This document shows, in pieces, positions 1 to 12,545 of a DNA stretch of 64,000 bases. The position numbers and the translations under genes are program-made. The notes under the pieces are model-generated. The model did not search any database. It saw nothing but the letters and a program-made list of their open reading frames with translations, and was not told the origin of the DNA. The stretch comes from Paragordius varius (taxonomy: Eukaryota; Animalia; Nematomorpha), in contig OZ176055.1 of NCBI GenBank assembly GCA_964247055.1, positions 3,844,001 to 3,908,000 on the forward strand, read 5' to 3'. Each line of letters starts with the position of its first letter. The stretch's first letter is position 1.

Positions 1-135
1 CAACAACCAAACTATAATAGATACAATGCATCTTTTGATTTTTATTAACGCACACAAGAGTAATTTATTATTATAGGGTTTTTCAAGAATTATATCATTA
101 ATGAAATATATTTTTGAATTTATACATTATTTTAG

Positions 136-2515
136 ATTCAAACTTAAAATCTAAATTATCGAAGAATCACGGAGATTGGATTCAGGAAGTGGTTTTAGTA
201 GGAGGTTCTGTCAAAGTACCGCTTGTGTATGAGCGCATTAACCAATATTTTGAGAAAGCATGGCTACACTATAAGGATCTAGGTATTAATTGTATTATAT
301 TTAAAAAAAATTAAAAATACATTTATATGAATTTTTATAATAGAGAAACTAATAATGAATTTTATATGTTTCAATCAGAATTTCTCAATCATTCAAATCG
401 TAAATGTTTTAAAGTTATACAAAAGTTTTATTTTTTGTTAGCATATGATACATTTTAGAGCAGGGGTACTTAAACCGCGACCCTTGGGCCTCAAACGGCC
501 TTAAAAGTGTTTATTTATGGCTTTAAATTATTTAAATTATTTAACACACTCATTTAGATAATAATTATCTGCAAATTCAAGCAGGTATTAGATTTTTATC
601 AAATTATATGGTGCAAATTTTTGCGGCCCTTTCAAATGTTTTGCTAACATATCATAATTAGAAATTGTAAATATCGAAAACACAGGATATATAGCATATT
701 TATTTTATTATATTACTAGCGTAAATCTCGTGCTGCTACGCAGCACGAGAAAGTGCTTCGGACTTCTGGGGGGGGGGGGGGGGGTTTCGAAGTTTGGCTT
801 TGAATGGGTCTACCGGTTTTCCGGTACCACATCAAAAAGTTACATGAGGAATCAGTTTTTAGCGGGTAGATCCTTACCCAGCAGCTATCATCAAAAAAAC
901 GACTGACTTTAACAGGGAATACGTGGAATCCATATTGAATTTTTACGGTCTCATACCTAGGGTGAAAAATAGATTTAAAAAATTATTTTTGTGGACTTTG
1001 TTTTTTTTTGAAAAAATGGCATTTTACGGGGGGAGCGGGTAAAAAGAGGTCCTAAATCAAAAAAGTGAGACGACTATGTTCGGCGCGATCAAAGATAGGT
1101 AAACAAAAATCATATTTGAAATTGAATGGTCCTACACGTTCTCCAAAAAATTGACTTAACCCATTTTTCACACGGGGTAGGACCGAACTGGGGACCTAAT
1201 TCCAAACAGGGGGCGAAGCTATTGTCGGGGCATTCATTAATGATTAAATTTTTTCGATATTTGGATTTGATTGGGTTCACCGATTTTCCGGAGACAGATC
1301 ACAAAGTTACATGAGGAATCAGTTTTTAGCGGGTAGCTCCTTACCCAGCAGCTATCATCAAAGGAAGGCCTGACTAAAATTTTTGCCTTTTAACAGGGAA
1401 TACGTGGAATCCATATTGAAATTTTACGGTCTCATACCTAGGGCGAAAAATAGATTTAAAAAATTATTTTTGTGGACTTTTTTTTGAAAAAAATGGCATT
1501 TTACGGGGGGAGCGGGTAAAAAGAGGGCTTAAATTAAAAAAGTGACCCGACTATGTTCGGCGCAATCGAAAATAAGTAAATAAAAATCATATTTGAAATA
1601 GAATGGACCAACACGTTCTCCATAAAATTGTCTCAAAGACACGATTTTTGTGGACTTCTCTTTTCAAAAAAACCGTTTTTCACACGGGGTGGGCCCGAAC
1701 TGGGGGCCTATTTCAAAAAAGGGCGAAGCTATTGTCGGGGCATTCATTAATGATTATATTTTTTCGAAGTTTGGATTTGAATGGGTCTACCCGTTTTCCT
1801 GTACCAGATGACAAAGCCAGCATTTTCCTAAAAATATATAGATTAACAATGATTTACAATTGATCATAACGACCTTTTGTTAACACTAATTGACATAGCG
1901 TTCTTTGATTGTTTTGTAATGATGTGATTTAAGAATAGAGTCTTTTTAAAAAAATTATAAAATTTCGAAATCTCCTTTTAGTCCATTAATCAATCCTATA
2001 ATGGCTTCATAAAAAGGTATTAGCTCATCACCTCTGATTTCTACAAATCGAATCATATAAATGTTTATAAGTAATCACATACATATATTGTCGTTTATAT
2101 TATTGTACCAATTCAGATTCCCTTTTATAATGTAATTATATTTTAAAAATTAACATACGTTTACCCCATTATATATATTTAATTATATGTTCAAGATAAT
2201 AAAACACAACAAACCATTGAAAATGATTGGACCTATGAAGATTACAATAATAATGAGCATAATGAAGAAATAATGAATAATTCCAATACTCAACAAGCTC
2301 ATCCTTTGCACCAAACTCACATAAATTTACCGAAAGATCCTGAATTAGCGGTTTCAAAGGGCGTTTCTGTCATGGCTGGAATCTTGGGTGGGGCTTGGCC
2401 CTTGTCTGTTAGTGCGACAGAACCTTACCCTCGAAGGAACAAAAAACATCAAAATATTGACCATCTCCCTAAAATAAATAACAATATCAGAAGGTTAAAC
2501 TCGTCGGAACTGTAA
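136..2515 (+). CDS. HSPA13: Hsp70-family protein HSPA13/STCH, last two exons (136-282, 2196-2515); 5' part not resolved or outside window
   Basis: Exon 136-282 encodes IQEVVLVGGSVKVPLVYERINQYFEK (Hsp70 ATPase VLVGG motif). A phase-1 splice to 2196 gives DPELAVSKGVSVMAGILGGAWPLSVSATE, matching the recalled STCH C-terminus (DPDLAV..GVAIQAGI.GGSWPLQVSALE). No substrate-binding domain follows, as in STCH. Confidence 0.8.
716..1842 (-). mobile_element. Non-autonomous Helitron with internal ~470-510 bp tandem duplication
   Basis: Minus strand starts TCTATATATTTTTAGGAAAATGCTGG at 1842 and ends in an 11-bp hairpin (TCTCGTGCTGC-gta-GCAGCACGAGA) followed by TTTACG-CTAG at 716. Inserted between A and T. 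Unit restarts at ~796, ~1263, ~1773. Lies in the HSPA13 intron. Confidence 0.85.
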
Positions 2516-3802
2516 CACTCTGGAACATACTAGGCGATATTTATATAACAGAAAACACATAATTTATTGACTGATTAAGGTTCTATGTTGTAGATAAATG
2601 ATTGCAATGCAATTAATCGAATTACGGTGCATATATTAGCGAATAAATTATTATATATATAACATAAAATGAGTTTTGACTATGGTGGTTTTTAAGATTG
2701 AGTTTACTTTTTTGTTTAAAAATAACCAACCATTTTTGAAATTTATATTTTAGGCATAGGGATTTTAATAGGAAATTATATATAAATAAACATGTTAATA
2801 TATCCCCATAGTTTTTATCGAAGCTGTAGGCAGTTTAAAACTGAAAAATTAAATGTTAGATTAATCATTTTACCTCGGGTAATCTTCAACACATATCATA
2901 ATATTTGTCATAAAAATTAATGATTAATATTTTACCTATTATTTTTATTGTATCGTAAAAGAATTACTAAATGAAGATTTTCAAGGATTTTTAAATATTA
3001 TAATTCAAAAAAAGCGGTTACTGGACAAAATTATGATATAATACAAATTAAACTCTATTTCCCACTTTAACAAACATTTACAATAAAAGTGTTTTAAATA
3101 TAGCTTTTTAGGTTATAAAAACAAAAAACGTGATATTTGGACTTTACAAAAGCAATATTTTATCAAATCTAAAACGGAAATAACCATTAAAATCTATATG
3201 ATAATAGCCTCTCAAAAGATCGTACATTGACATCAAAGGTATATTAGAAAATATAATGAAATTATTATTTTTTGGCTAATGACTTAGCTGATGATATTTA
3301 TTAAAGCATATGTTAATTGTTTTTTTAATAAAATAAAGGCTATGTTAATTGTTTTTTTAATAAAATAAAGGCTAAGAAAATATTTTTTATGCAATTTTTA
3401 AATGGATATAGGAAAAAATATAAAGCTAAGTATTGCTTGCTATTCGTTAAGGATTATTGTTAAAATAAGTTTGCGAAAGCATTAAATTACGGAATATTAA
3501 TGTAAATTTGTTTTTATTCCTATAAAAATTTAAATACCTTTTGAATATAACCATTATAAATGTATAATTTTAATCTTTTATCATATTATAATTAAATAAA
3601 TTCAATTATCAGTAAAATTATTCTTTCGTCACCACACTATTGGTTAAGCAATTTATAAAATCAAAATAATACAGCATTTCTTTTAATTAAAATGTTATTA
3701 TTTATAAAGTTATGTTTAAAATTATTTTGGAAAATAAAAATTAAATTTTTAGGATAAATTTTAAACAATATCAAAATATTTATTTATTAGCATAAAAATC
3801 AA

Positions 3803-3850
3803 TGTTCAATCGTCTTTAGTATCATCAGCATACAACTTTAAATGGTGAAT
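3803..3850 (-). pseudogene. Tiny non-LTR reverse transcriptase remnant
   Basis: Minus strand reads HLKLYADDTK (YADD RT motif), then a stop; lies just 3' of the MetAP stop codon. Confidence 0.35.
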
Positions 3851-3863
3851 GTACTCTATCATT

Positions 3864-6800
3864 CTAATCTGTAAGTATTTGAGCGCCCGTATCTGTTATA
3901 AGAATAGTTCGTTCAAATTTTGCTAGGCGAGATGTGTCTTTGGTTGAAAAAGTAACCATATTTGGCCATCTTTTAAGTTTAGGAGAACCTTCAACAATTA
4001 AGGGCTCTGGAATAAAAATGAAATTTTTAAAAGTACATTTTTAAAAAAATATATTTTTTTTTCTTTATAACAAAAAGCGTAATAGTTAAATACAGATGTG
4101 AAAAGGCCTAAATACAGTATGCATTTTTGTGGTGTGCTTATTTCACACTATAGGGGGGAAATTTGCAACACGAGTGTATGGAAAAAATAAAGGAAATAAT
4201 TGTCAACATTTTGTTGTTTTTTCCATACACTACTGAGTTGCGAATTGCCCTACCACAGTGTAAGATAAGCAAACATTAAAATTCACACTGTAAATGACAG
4301 GATTCCTTAAAAGAGTATATATTATATTTCTTTCGCGCATTTATCAATCAAAAATGTTAATTTTTCCGATGATGGCAAAAAATCTAAGGTGATAACACTG
4401 TTGTAATTAATGTCATATGATATCAGTCGTATGGAATTAAACGAAAAATCATGAAGTGGCAATTAAGAAAAAGGTTGCACATATTTGACACATGTCAGAA
4501 TCGCTTCGTCGAAAATTTTAATATCACCATATATTACTATGTAATAGGTTATAAAAAATAGCTGTTTTTAAATTCCCAACATTCATAATAATTTTCCCAC
4601 GCACTGTAACAACGACATCTCAATTAACACTAATGTCAAAAATAAAAAAGTAATATCAAACTTATGATTGCCTAACTTCAATGAACAAATTAAAAAGGCT
4701 TAATCTACTTAAATATTTTGCATATAATTAGAATACAGTTCATTTAAAAAAGTACCATGCTTCATAATGTGTCCATATCATATATTTTATAATTATAATA
4801 AACAAATTATATGATTTGCATATCACTTTACTCATTTTATAATTGATATATTGACACCAAGTAACTTTATTAAATGTTTTTTAACAGATTTATTTGGTAT
4901 GCCACAAACTTAGATGGCCGACTGTATATTGTATGAGGGAAAATTTAAACCAACCAATATATTAAAATTAAATATACTTACCGATTGTAAAGACCATACC
5001 GGGTTCCATAATTCCTTCCATATGAGTACCTAAATGCATAAATACATACATAAAATTATAAGTTTATTTGGATCTTTTCAATAAAAAATTTAAACATCCA
5101 TTTTTTAAGTTAATCCATTGTAAAAAACAAAAATGGTTAAAATTACAAAAAACATATACTAAGAAATTGTATAAAAACACCTTAATTTGCTTCATGAATC
5201 TATTGGTATATCTATGAATCACTGTATACCTTAGAATTAATTTAATTATTTTTCAATATTATAAGAATTTTTAAAGCTTATTTTAAAATTAAAATACGAA
5301 TGATTTAAAAATGTTTATGCACAAATTTAAATTAAATTTAACATTAATAAAAATTTGTAAAAAATTAATGGTTCAAAATTTTGCTAATTTCAAACAAAGA
5401 GTTACCACTTGAATGAAAAAAAGGTAAAGTTTAAGAACGTTTATATATGGATAATGTTACCTAAATTATCAACTTTAATTAATACCAAAAAAAACAAATG
5501 AGACTTTGATTGTAGTCTATCTAATTTTAACAATTATAAAATTTAAGTTTAAAGCTCATTATAAATTAATAAAAAAATTTACGAATCAACTATTTATTTA
5601 TTCGTTTGTATAATATATTTTTTAATTTTTGCATTCATATTTCAAATAATTATAAAAAAAGTTATAATATACCATCATAATAGATTTCAGGAGCTTGGTA
5701 TAATTGCCTACCAATACCATGACCTGAAAACTGAGGAATGACTGAGAATGGCGTTCCCCGTAAAACACTCCTAAAAATTAATATCGAAATTTTTTAACAT
5801 ATATTTTTTGATATATAATCAATTATGCAATAAATAATTCGGAACCGTAAATTTCTAAACATTTACCATGAAAATACATCATTATTAAAGAATAAACTAA
5901 CTAATTATAACTAATAAATATGAAACATGAGATTAAAGTTTTAAGATCACCAACATACCATAAAAAATGTTATGTTAAATAAATTTTTAACCTTACGATT
6001 TTGTTGATTGCATTAAAATTTTGTCCAGGTTTACAATGTTCAATGATGGCATATGTACAATTTTGAGCAGTTTCCGACAAAGCTTTGACGTTTTTATCGC
6101 AATCACCAATTAAAAAGGTATCCGAAATATCAATATGAAATCCTTGGTAAAAAATCTACACATAAATTGCGAATAAAATATTAAGAAACTATGGACATAA
6201 AATATAAATGTTGTTAAGCTTGTAGTCGGTTATCGACCATTAGCGATTTTGTAGGAAAACCTCCTCCATTCGGTTCTGTCGTGAGCTTTTTGAGATAGTT
6301 TTTGCAGTGACAATTTGGAAAGTGATAAGATTTCGTCGTCTACCCAGCGAATACGTCTGCGTCCTCTTCCTCTCTTACCATTTACTTTTCCTAACATAAT
6401 ACCCTTTTCCAAAGAATTGCCCCGAATAATGTGTCCAAAGTAACCGAATTTTTGTTTTATTATTTTACCCCGAAGCGTTGTTTGTGCGTTAATTTTATTT
6501 ACAATGTCGATATTCTTTATTTTGTCCTTCCATGTTATACCAAGTATTTTTCTCCAGCAAAACATTTCAAACGCGTTTATTCTTTTTTCGTCTTTACTTT
6601 TGATAGTCCAGCTTTCACATCCGTATAACATGATAGGAAAGATTAATGCATTTACTAGTCGGATTTTTGTTTTAAGGGTTATGTCATGAGATTTCCATAA
6701 CTTGTAGTGCGAGGCTAGAGCGCATTTGGCGATAGCTATGCGTCTTCTTATTTCTTGGGAACTGGAGCTTAAGTTGTTGATAATGCTTCCAAGGTATGTG

Positions 6801-7173
6801 TATTCATTGACTACTTGAATTGTTTCGCCATTAATCCGAAGCGAGTCATAGGAATGAGGGGAGTTGATATGTAAAATTTTAATTTTGTTGGGGTTTAATG
6901 TAAGATTGTATTTTTTGCACACATTTATAAAAGTTCGGAGACTGTTTTCGAGGTTTGTTTGTGAATTTGCTAAGATAACCGTGTCGTCTGCGTAGTGGAG
7001 AGTCGTCAGATTGTGACCCTACATAAAAAATAGAGGCCAAACTTGCTTTTCAAAAAGAGCTGTTGGAGTATAAATAATATATCAATGGATGTTTATGGGA
7101 AAGAAATATTGCAAAAATTAGTATTTCATAGATTCCTATTAAAGGAAATGCTTAATTTATTATCTTTCGCTCA

Positions 7174-7204
<31 letters not shown>

Positions 7205-9741
7205 CGACATCTACTCGAATAGTTTGCTTAAATTTCATTATAAAAAAGAATTATAAGCTTATATTAATTTTGAGTGCCGGAAATTTACTATGAATTTCCT
7301 TAAAGCATGATTAGAAGGTAATATCATTAGAAATACAATTTGTAAAAATCTGAATAGGGGTATAAAGATTGTTTTTGGAACAAATATTGGTTAAAATTAA
7401 TTGCTATGCGCAGAGCTCATGGCTACCCTTATCCATACACTTTTCCTATTTATAACACTAGCAACAAATTTTGACTTGTTTAAGTGCCAATTTTTTGATA
7501 GAAATTTATATCAACCTAAAGGTGGGAAAAAGATAAGTTCAAATAGATTTAAAAGTTTACAGCTGTTTAAATGAACTATCAAAAGTACGTACACAATTAG
7601 TATATCTGAAAAAAAATTGGTCTTCCACCTTAGAAATTTTTATTATCAGGGTTCATCGAAAATTTTTGGCCCCGATTTGACATTAAACTCATATTTTCCA
7701 AAATTAAAAGTTATAGATATATAGCCATGTATTATATATCAATTGAAAGAGGACAAAAGGCTAAAATTTTTGAATGGTAATTAGTCAATTAAATAAATCT
7801 GGACTAAATATTTGGGTTTATATGGTCAATTTCAACCATTAAAAAGGTCAAAAATTTTCACCGACAAACTGATTTAAAAATCATATAAATTATTTTAATT
7901 TAAGTATTAGGCTTACAATAATAAATAATCTATATATTTATAAAAATGGAAAATGCTGGCTTTGTGTTACGAAAAACCGGTATTCCCTTTCAAATCCAAA
8001 TATCGAAAAAATATAATCATTAATGAATGCCCCGACAATAGCTTCGCCCTTTTTTGAATTAGGCCCCCAGATCGGGCCCACCCTGCGTGAAAAAAGGGTT
8101 TTTTTGAAAAGAAAAGTCCGCAAAAATCGTGTCTTTGAGACAATTTTTTGAAGAACGTGTTGGACCATTCAATTTCAAATATGATTTTTGTTTACTTATT
8201 TTCGATTGCGCCGAACATAGTCGTTTCGCTTTTTCAATTTAAGCCCTCTTTTACCCTCTCCCCCCGTAATATGCCATTTTTTTCAAAAAAAAAATCTACA
8301 AAAATAATTTTTTGAATCTATTTTACCCAAGTAAACAATATATTACCAATGCACCGTTTTAAAATTCCTAAGATGATAACTATTAAAAAATGTTTAGTAA
8401 TCCACATATGTGGATCATTTTATTGTCCCTTTTTTCAAATAGCCCGCCCTAGAAGGCCGAAGGACTTCCTCGGGCTGTGTAGAAGCACGAGATTTACACT
8501 AGTTTTAGATATCTTTGAGAAAGCGGTTTGCTTTTTTAATAAAAATCATTATTTACAAAATTATTTTATCTATGGATTGCATCGCTGTAAATTTATTACA
8601 TAATGGTTGTCGATTTCTAGTTTTTAGGATTTTAAAATTCGTACTGAAATACCTAATATTGAATAGACAGTAATTTTTAAAAATTAAAAAACTAAAAATG
8701 GCTGTTTTGAATGACATAAAAGCAATAAATAAATGTTTTAATCAAAAAAAATCTTTTATTATGTTTTTAAGACAATCATTGCCATATACAAAATTTGAGC
8801 TATTTTCATACACTAGTTTTAAAAATATATTAATTAAGAAAAAAGTTCTCACTTCGCGCGCTTGTTGCTTCCTATGTCCAATAATAAATATCGATGTAAA
8901 ACATATTAGTATGCATTTTATAGACTTTTCATTCTCTTTCGAATGATATATTACGAATGGGGATTTGTTGTGTATATCAAGGAAAAACATTATTCAATAA
9001 ATTTTTAATAAAGAGGGCCCATAATCATAAAAATCAAATTTTACAAAAATGCAATTAGAATTTTAATTTCAGTAATGATAGTAAATATGAGAATTGCAAA
9101 CTTCAGTGGCAGAAAAATTTGTCTAGTGTAATATTTCTAAAATTTTTACCTTAATGTAGTATTGATTTAACCGTTTCATAATATTAATATAAAATAAAAA
9201 CTATTTTAATTGACAAATGAATAATTAGAAAATAAATTTTACAAAGTTTAATAAAATCATACAGCGAAATCCAAGGTAAAAATATCACCATCATATAAAG
9301 TTTCCTCTCCGGGTATGCCGTGTGTAACATTGTTTATAGATGTAAAGGATGATCTACAATAGCATCTATAATCCAACAAAGATGGATATGCAAAATTTTG
9401 GATAATTTTTTGAAAAAGCTGATAATCTATATTATTTGTGGTCATTCCAATCTACTAAAATTTAAATTTCATATGAATACTGCTATTTTATTATGCATAT
9501 AATTCATTATTTTGTTAGCCAATTTTCCAGCAGATTTAATTGTTTCCAAATCATAGGGTTTGTATTTTATGTCAATAGGTAAATCCATGTTTTCAACCTT
9601 TTCAAGGTTAATTTTTCCAAGATAATTTGGAGTTGGTATAGTTATTGGTGTTTTATAAATCATTCTTCTGAACTCGGGAGCATTTTTAGGCTCATAAACT
9701 GGGTACTTTTCGGAAAAAAAGCGTCGGCAAGCTTTGTTCAT
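3864..9741 (-). CDS. METAP1D: Methionine aminopeptidase type 1, probably mitochondrial MetAP1D; exons 9741-9481, 9451-9263, 6155-5992, 5770-5673, 5029-4982, 4006-3864 (300 aa)
   Basis: Spliced frame is continuous (903 nt). Motifs THGIP, GDIFTLD, GFHID, SGHGIG, EPGMVFTIEP, KFERTILIT carry all five metal ligands. N-terminus MNKACRRFFS resembles a mitochondrial presequence, and there is no MetAP1 zinc finger. Confidence 0.85.
4115..4290. mobile_element. TA-flanked foldback MITE (related copy ~18288-18500)
   Basis: TA|CAGTATGCATTTT...TTAAAATTCACACTG|TA with long imperfect inverted arms (GTGTATGGAAAAAA / TTTTCCATACAC). Confidence 0.6.
6203..7020 (-). mobile_element. 5'-truncated RTE-clade LINE with uninterrupted ORF2 C-terminal part
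   Basis: Open frame 7018-6230: GHNLTTLHYADDTVILA...EYTYLGS...RLVNALIFPIMLYGCESW...YFGHIIR...GKRGRGRRRIRWVD. 8-bp TSD ACATAAAA at 6195-6202 and 7021-7028. Sense orientation in MetAP intron 2. Confidence 0.9.
7177..7204. repeat. (TA)n microsatellite
   Basis: Direct inspection. Similar tracts at ~20462, ~37568, ~42694, ~43247, ~44730 and ~59845. Confidence 0.95.
7929..8502 (+). mobile_element. Non-autonomous Helitron, short form (~574 bp)
   Basis: A|TCTATATATTTATAAAAATGGAAAATGCTGG ... imperfect hairpin CTCGGGCTGTGTAGAAGCACGAG-ATTTACA-CTAG|T; homologous to the copies at 716, 25781 and 54471. Confidence 0.85.
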
Positions 9742-10092
9742 AAAATTTACTCAATGATATAATCTGCTGATTATAAAACACATTTGATAAAAGTTTATTT
9801 AACGTGGCTAATAGGAAATAAATATAATTAAACTTGAAAATAATTGCTTATTTTCCAAAATCTGATATAATATTTTTTAAATTATAGTACTATATATCCT
9901 TTTAATAATGAGAAAAGTATATTTTGAGATCTTAGAACTTTTCGTAAGAAAATATATTAGTTTAGATATATAGCCTGAAATATAATTGTTAAACATTATA
10001 TAAAATGAAACATAAAAAATATTTTTTGCATTTTTGTAACCACTACAGCTCAAAATTTGGTTAGTTTTTCATTTTTCAACACTTTATTTTAA

Positions 10093-10545
10093 CACTTGGA
10101 TACAACACATTCTTTTCAGTCCTTCGATTACAATTGGGGTAGTTGGGTAACCCAGGCTTGTTAAATATTATATATTTCAAAAGATTTGGAAATATTTTAA
10201 TCCACGGTAATTTGACTTATATAACATTAAAAAACCGAAATTTAATATATTCATAAATACTTGATATTACTTATTCATGGGCAAAACCCAAAGGTAAAAT
10301 TTTAGCCGACATGGCATGTGAGCACATGCTAAATATAAAAATAATGTAAGTTATACTTTTTCTACTTATATTAATGTTAATTCTAATTTTAATAATAAAT
10401 CAAATAACGGCGTCGAATTCGTTTGATGTGAAATCTTTTTTTCTCTAGATATTTTGGCTTATTTATATAATTTTTAACAAGATACAAGAATTAATTAAAG
10501 TTGATCCGTTTTTTCTGTAGTTTTTTAAAAATATCATTTTTAGGT
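10093..10545. mobile_element. Truncated copy of the TTAA-flanked (piggyBac-like) MITE
   Basis: Begins TTAA|CACTTGGATACAACACATTC...CAATTGGGGTAG, colinear with the copies at 31908 and 38782; the right end was not found. Confidence 0.6.
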
Positions 10546-12545
10546 GGTTTATCTTAAATCCATTTTATTCAAATACATTTTAAAGGGAACAATATTATGC
10601 AATTTTAAAATTTTTGGTCTTTTTGATGCACGAATCAGTATTTTTAAAAACAATTATATTTAAAACATTGTTGTCTCCATTTTTTTAAGATTTTTATGGT
10701 TAATACAAGAGAAAAATTACATAATGGTAGATTTAAATAACATTCCATGATATTTGGGGTTATTTTTTTCTTAGAATTCGAAATTAATTATATTGAAATT
10801 AGTTAAGGCATTAAACCAAACTTAACATTAAGTTTTTTAGCCTTTTGAGCGCATTATACAATTTTTTGTAAACCAATCCTTATCTCAAATTTTTCACTGC
10901 CATTTTTTTTAAATTTTTAGAATGACTTATACTATGGGTATATTGATATAAAGTAATAATTGACTATAAAATGCCTTTTGGCTACATTTTCCTGAAAATA
11001 ATATATTTTTTTCATATCAGCTGTTCTCTTTAATAGTTTGATGCTTTCCCATAGGCCCTTGAAGTATTAAAAATGTATAAGCTTTTTTTAATATGAGGTA
11101 CAAAACACCTCTTAACTTCGTTTACAAAAAATTAAAGGATAGTTAGTGTTATGTATTTATCTATTTCAAATTTTTATTCATTTATTATTTTTTACTGAAT
11201 ATATCTCAGAAACAGCCGACTGAAAAAATCAGTTTTAGACTTTATTCTACACATATTCAACGCTAACTTTTTAAAAGTGGAGCTGGCGAATACGTAAGTT
11301 TAAGCTTATTTATTATTTTTTAGATGTGACCATTAAAGTATATTTGTGCCCCTCAAATTGCGCGATATATGCTAGATTTTAACATTAAAATAAATTTTAT
11401 TGACACTGCAGAGAAGATTTCCATCATATCAGGATTTTAATTTGATATTATTAGCATTAGGTAAATTATTCATAGTGCAATCCATGTAAAACGTCAATTT
11501 GAAGAACAACCAATCTTTGTTAAGGTAATTAAAAATCTTGAGCAGTATTGAATTGGATAAAAAAGGTGTTTGTGTTTTTCATAATATCTTAAAGGGGTAT
11601 ATCGCTTTTATTATGTTTAACAATAGCATAGATGCGCTTTAACAAATCTTTTGCAAAGTACACATTTTATTATAGTAATTTAGTGGTGTCATATCTAGCA
11701 ATAAAAGACCCTTTAGAGTTTTTTAATAAAACAGGCCCATTTTATCCGAATCAAAACGTTTGATTTAAAGCCCCCATCTAAAATTTAAATTCATTACGAA
11801 TATATTGCTATATAAATATATTTTATAATATATGTTTGCAAATTTAAAAACCTATTTAGGCAAAAAATTATACATTGTGCAATGCTGCTATTATCAAAAG
11901 AGTGGAATAATTCGTATAACTCAAAACTTAGAGCACCGTGAGAATCTTGATATATTATATAAATACGTTTTTACATATATAAAATAATAATCTACAAACT
12001 TATGTTAAAATGCTAAATTTACGATTTAACCACCAAAACTATACAAAATATCGATTTATAATTTCATTATATCTATGGCCTTCAGATATATTACAAAAAC
12101 CATATATATATTCTTAAAACGCATATGAAGGATCCGAATATCTCCTTTAACTATCATTAAATTCTACAAAAGAAAAGTTATGGCTATATAAGCGTAAACA
12201 TATATGTTGCTTTGGCGTAACCAATCAAGAATTTTATGACGTAAAACAAAAAATCGATGATCCTATTTACACATTTTATATACATTGGATGAATTTTATG
12301 ATTTTATCATAAAAATATACAATGTGGTCTTTTAAGGTTTTTTTGTTTCGTATAAACCACAAGGTTGGTCATCAAACATATAAATAAAAAATTTGTATCA
12401 TTAAAGGGATTGTCACGACTTTTTTTCGATAATGCCATTATTTCTGTTTAATTTTGTATAAAAATATGATTCTAATTATTGTGATCAATCATCATGAAAA
12501 CAAAAGCGAATATTACGAAATCGTATAATCATGCTATGATAAACT

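Noticed and set aside
60-76. Apparent 17-nt GT-AG intron near the window start
   Set aside because: No Hsp70-like reading frame is restored by removing it; more likely the start of an ordinary intron ending at 135.
461-650. CAGGGG...GCGGCCC hAT/Charlie-like terminal sequence
   Set aside because: No matching right TIR or 8-bp TSD could be identified.
1126-1863. ORFs 1126-1314 and 1603-1863, and similar ORFs at 7938, 27351 and 54558
   Set aside because: They are chance frames within the non-coding Helitron repeat and are not conserved as a frame between copies.
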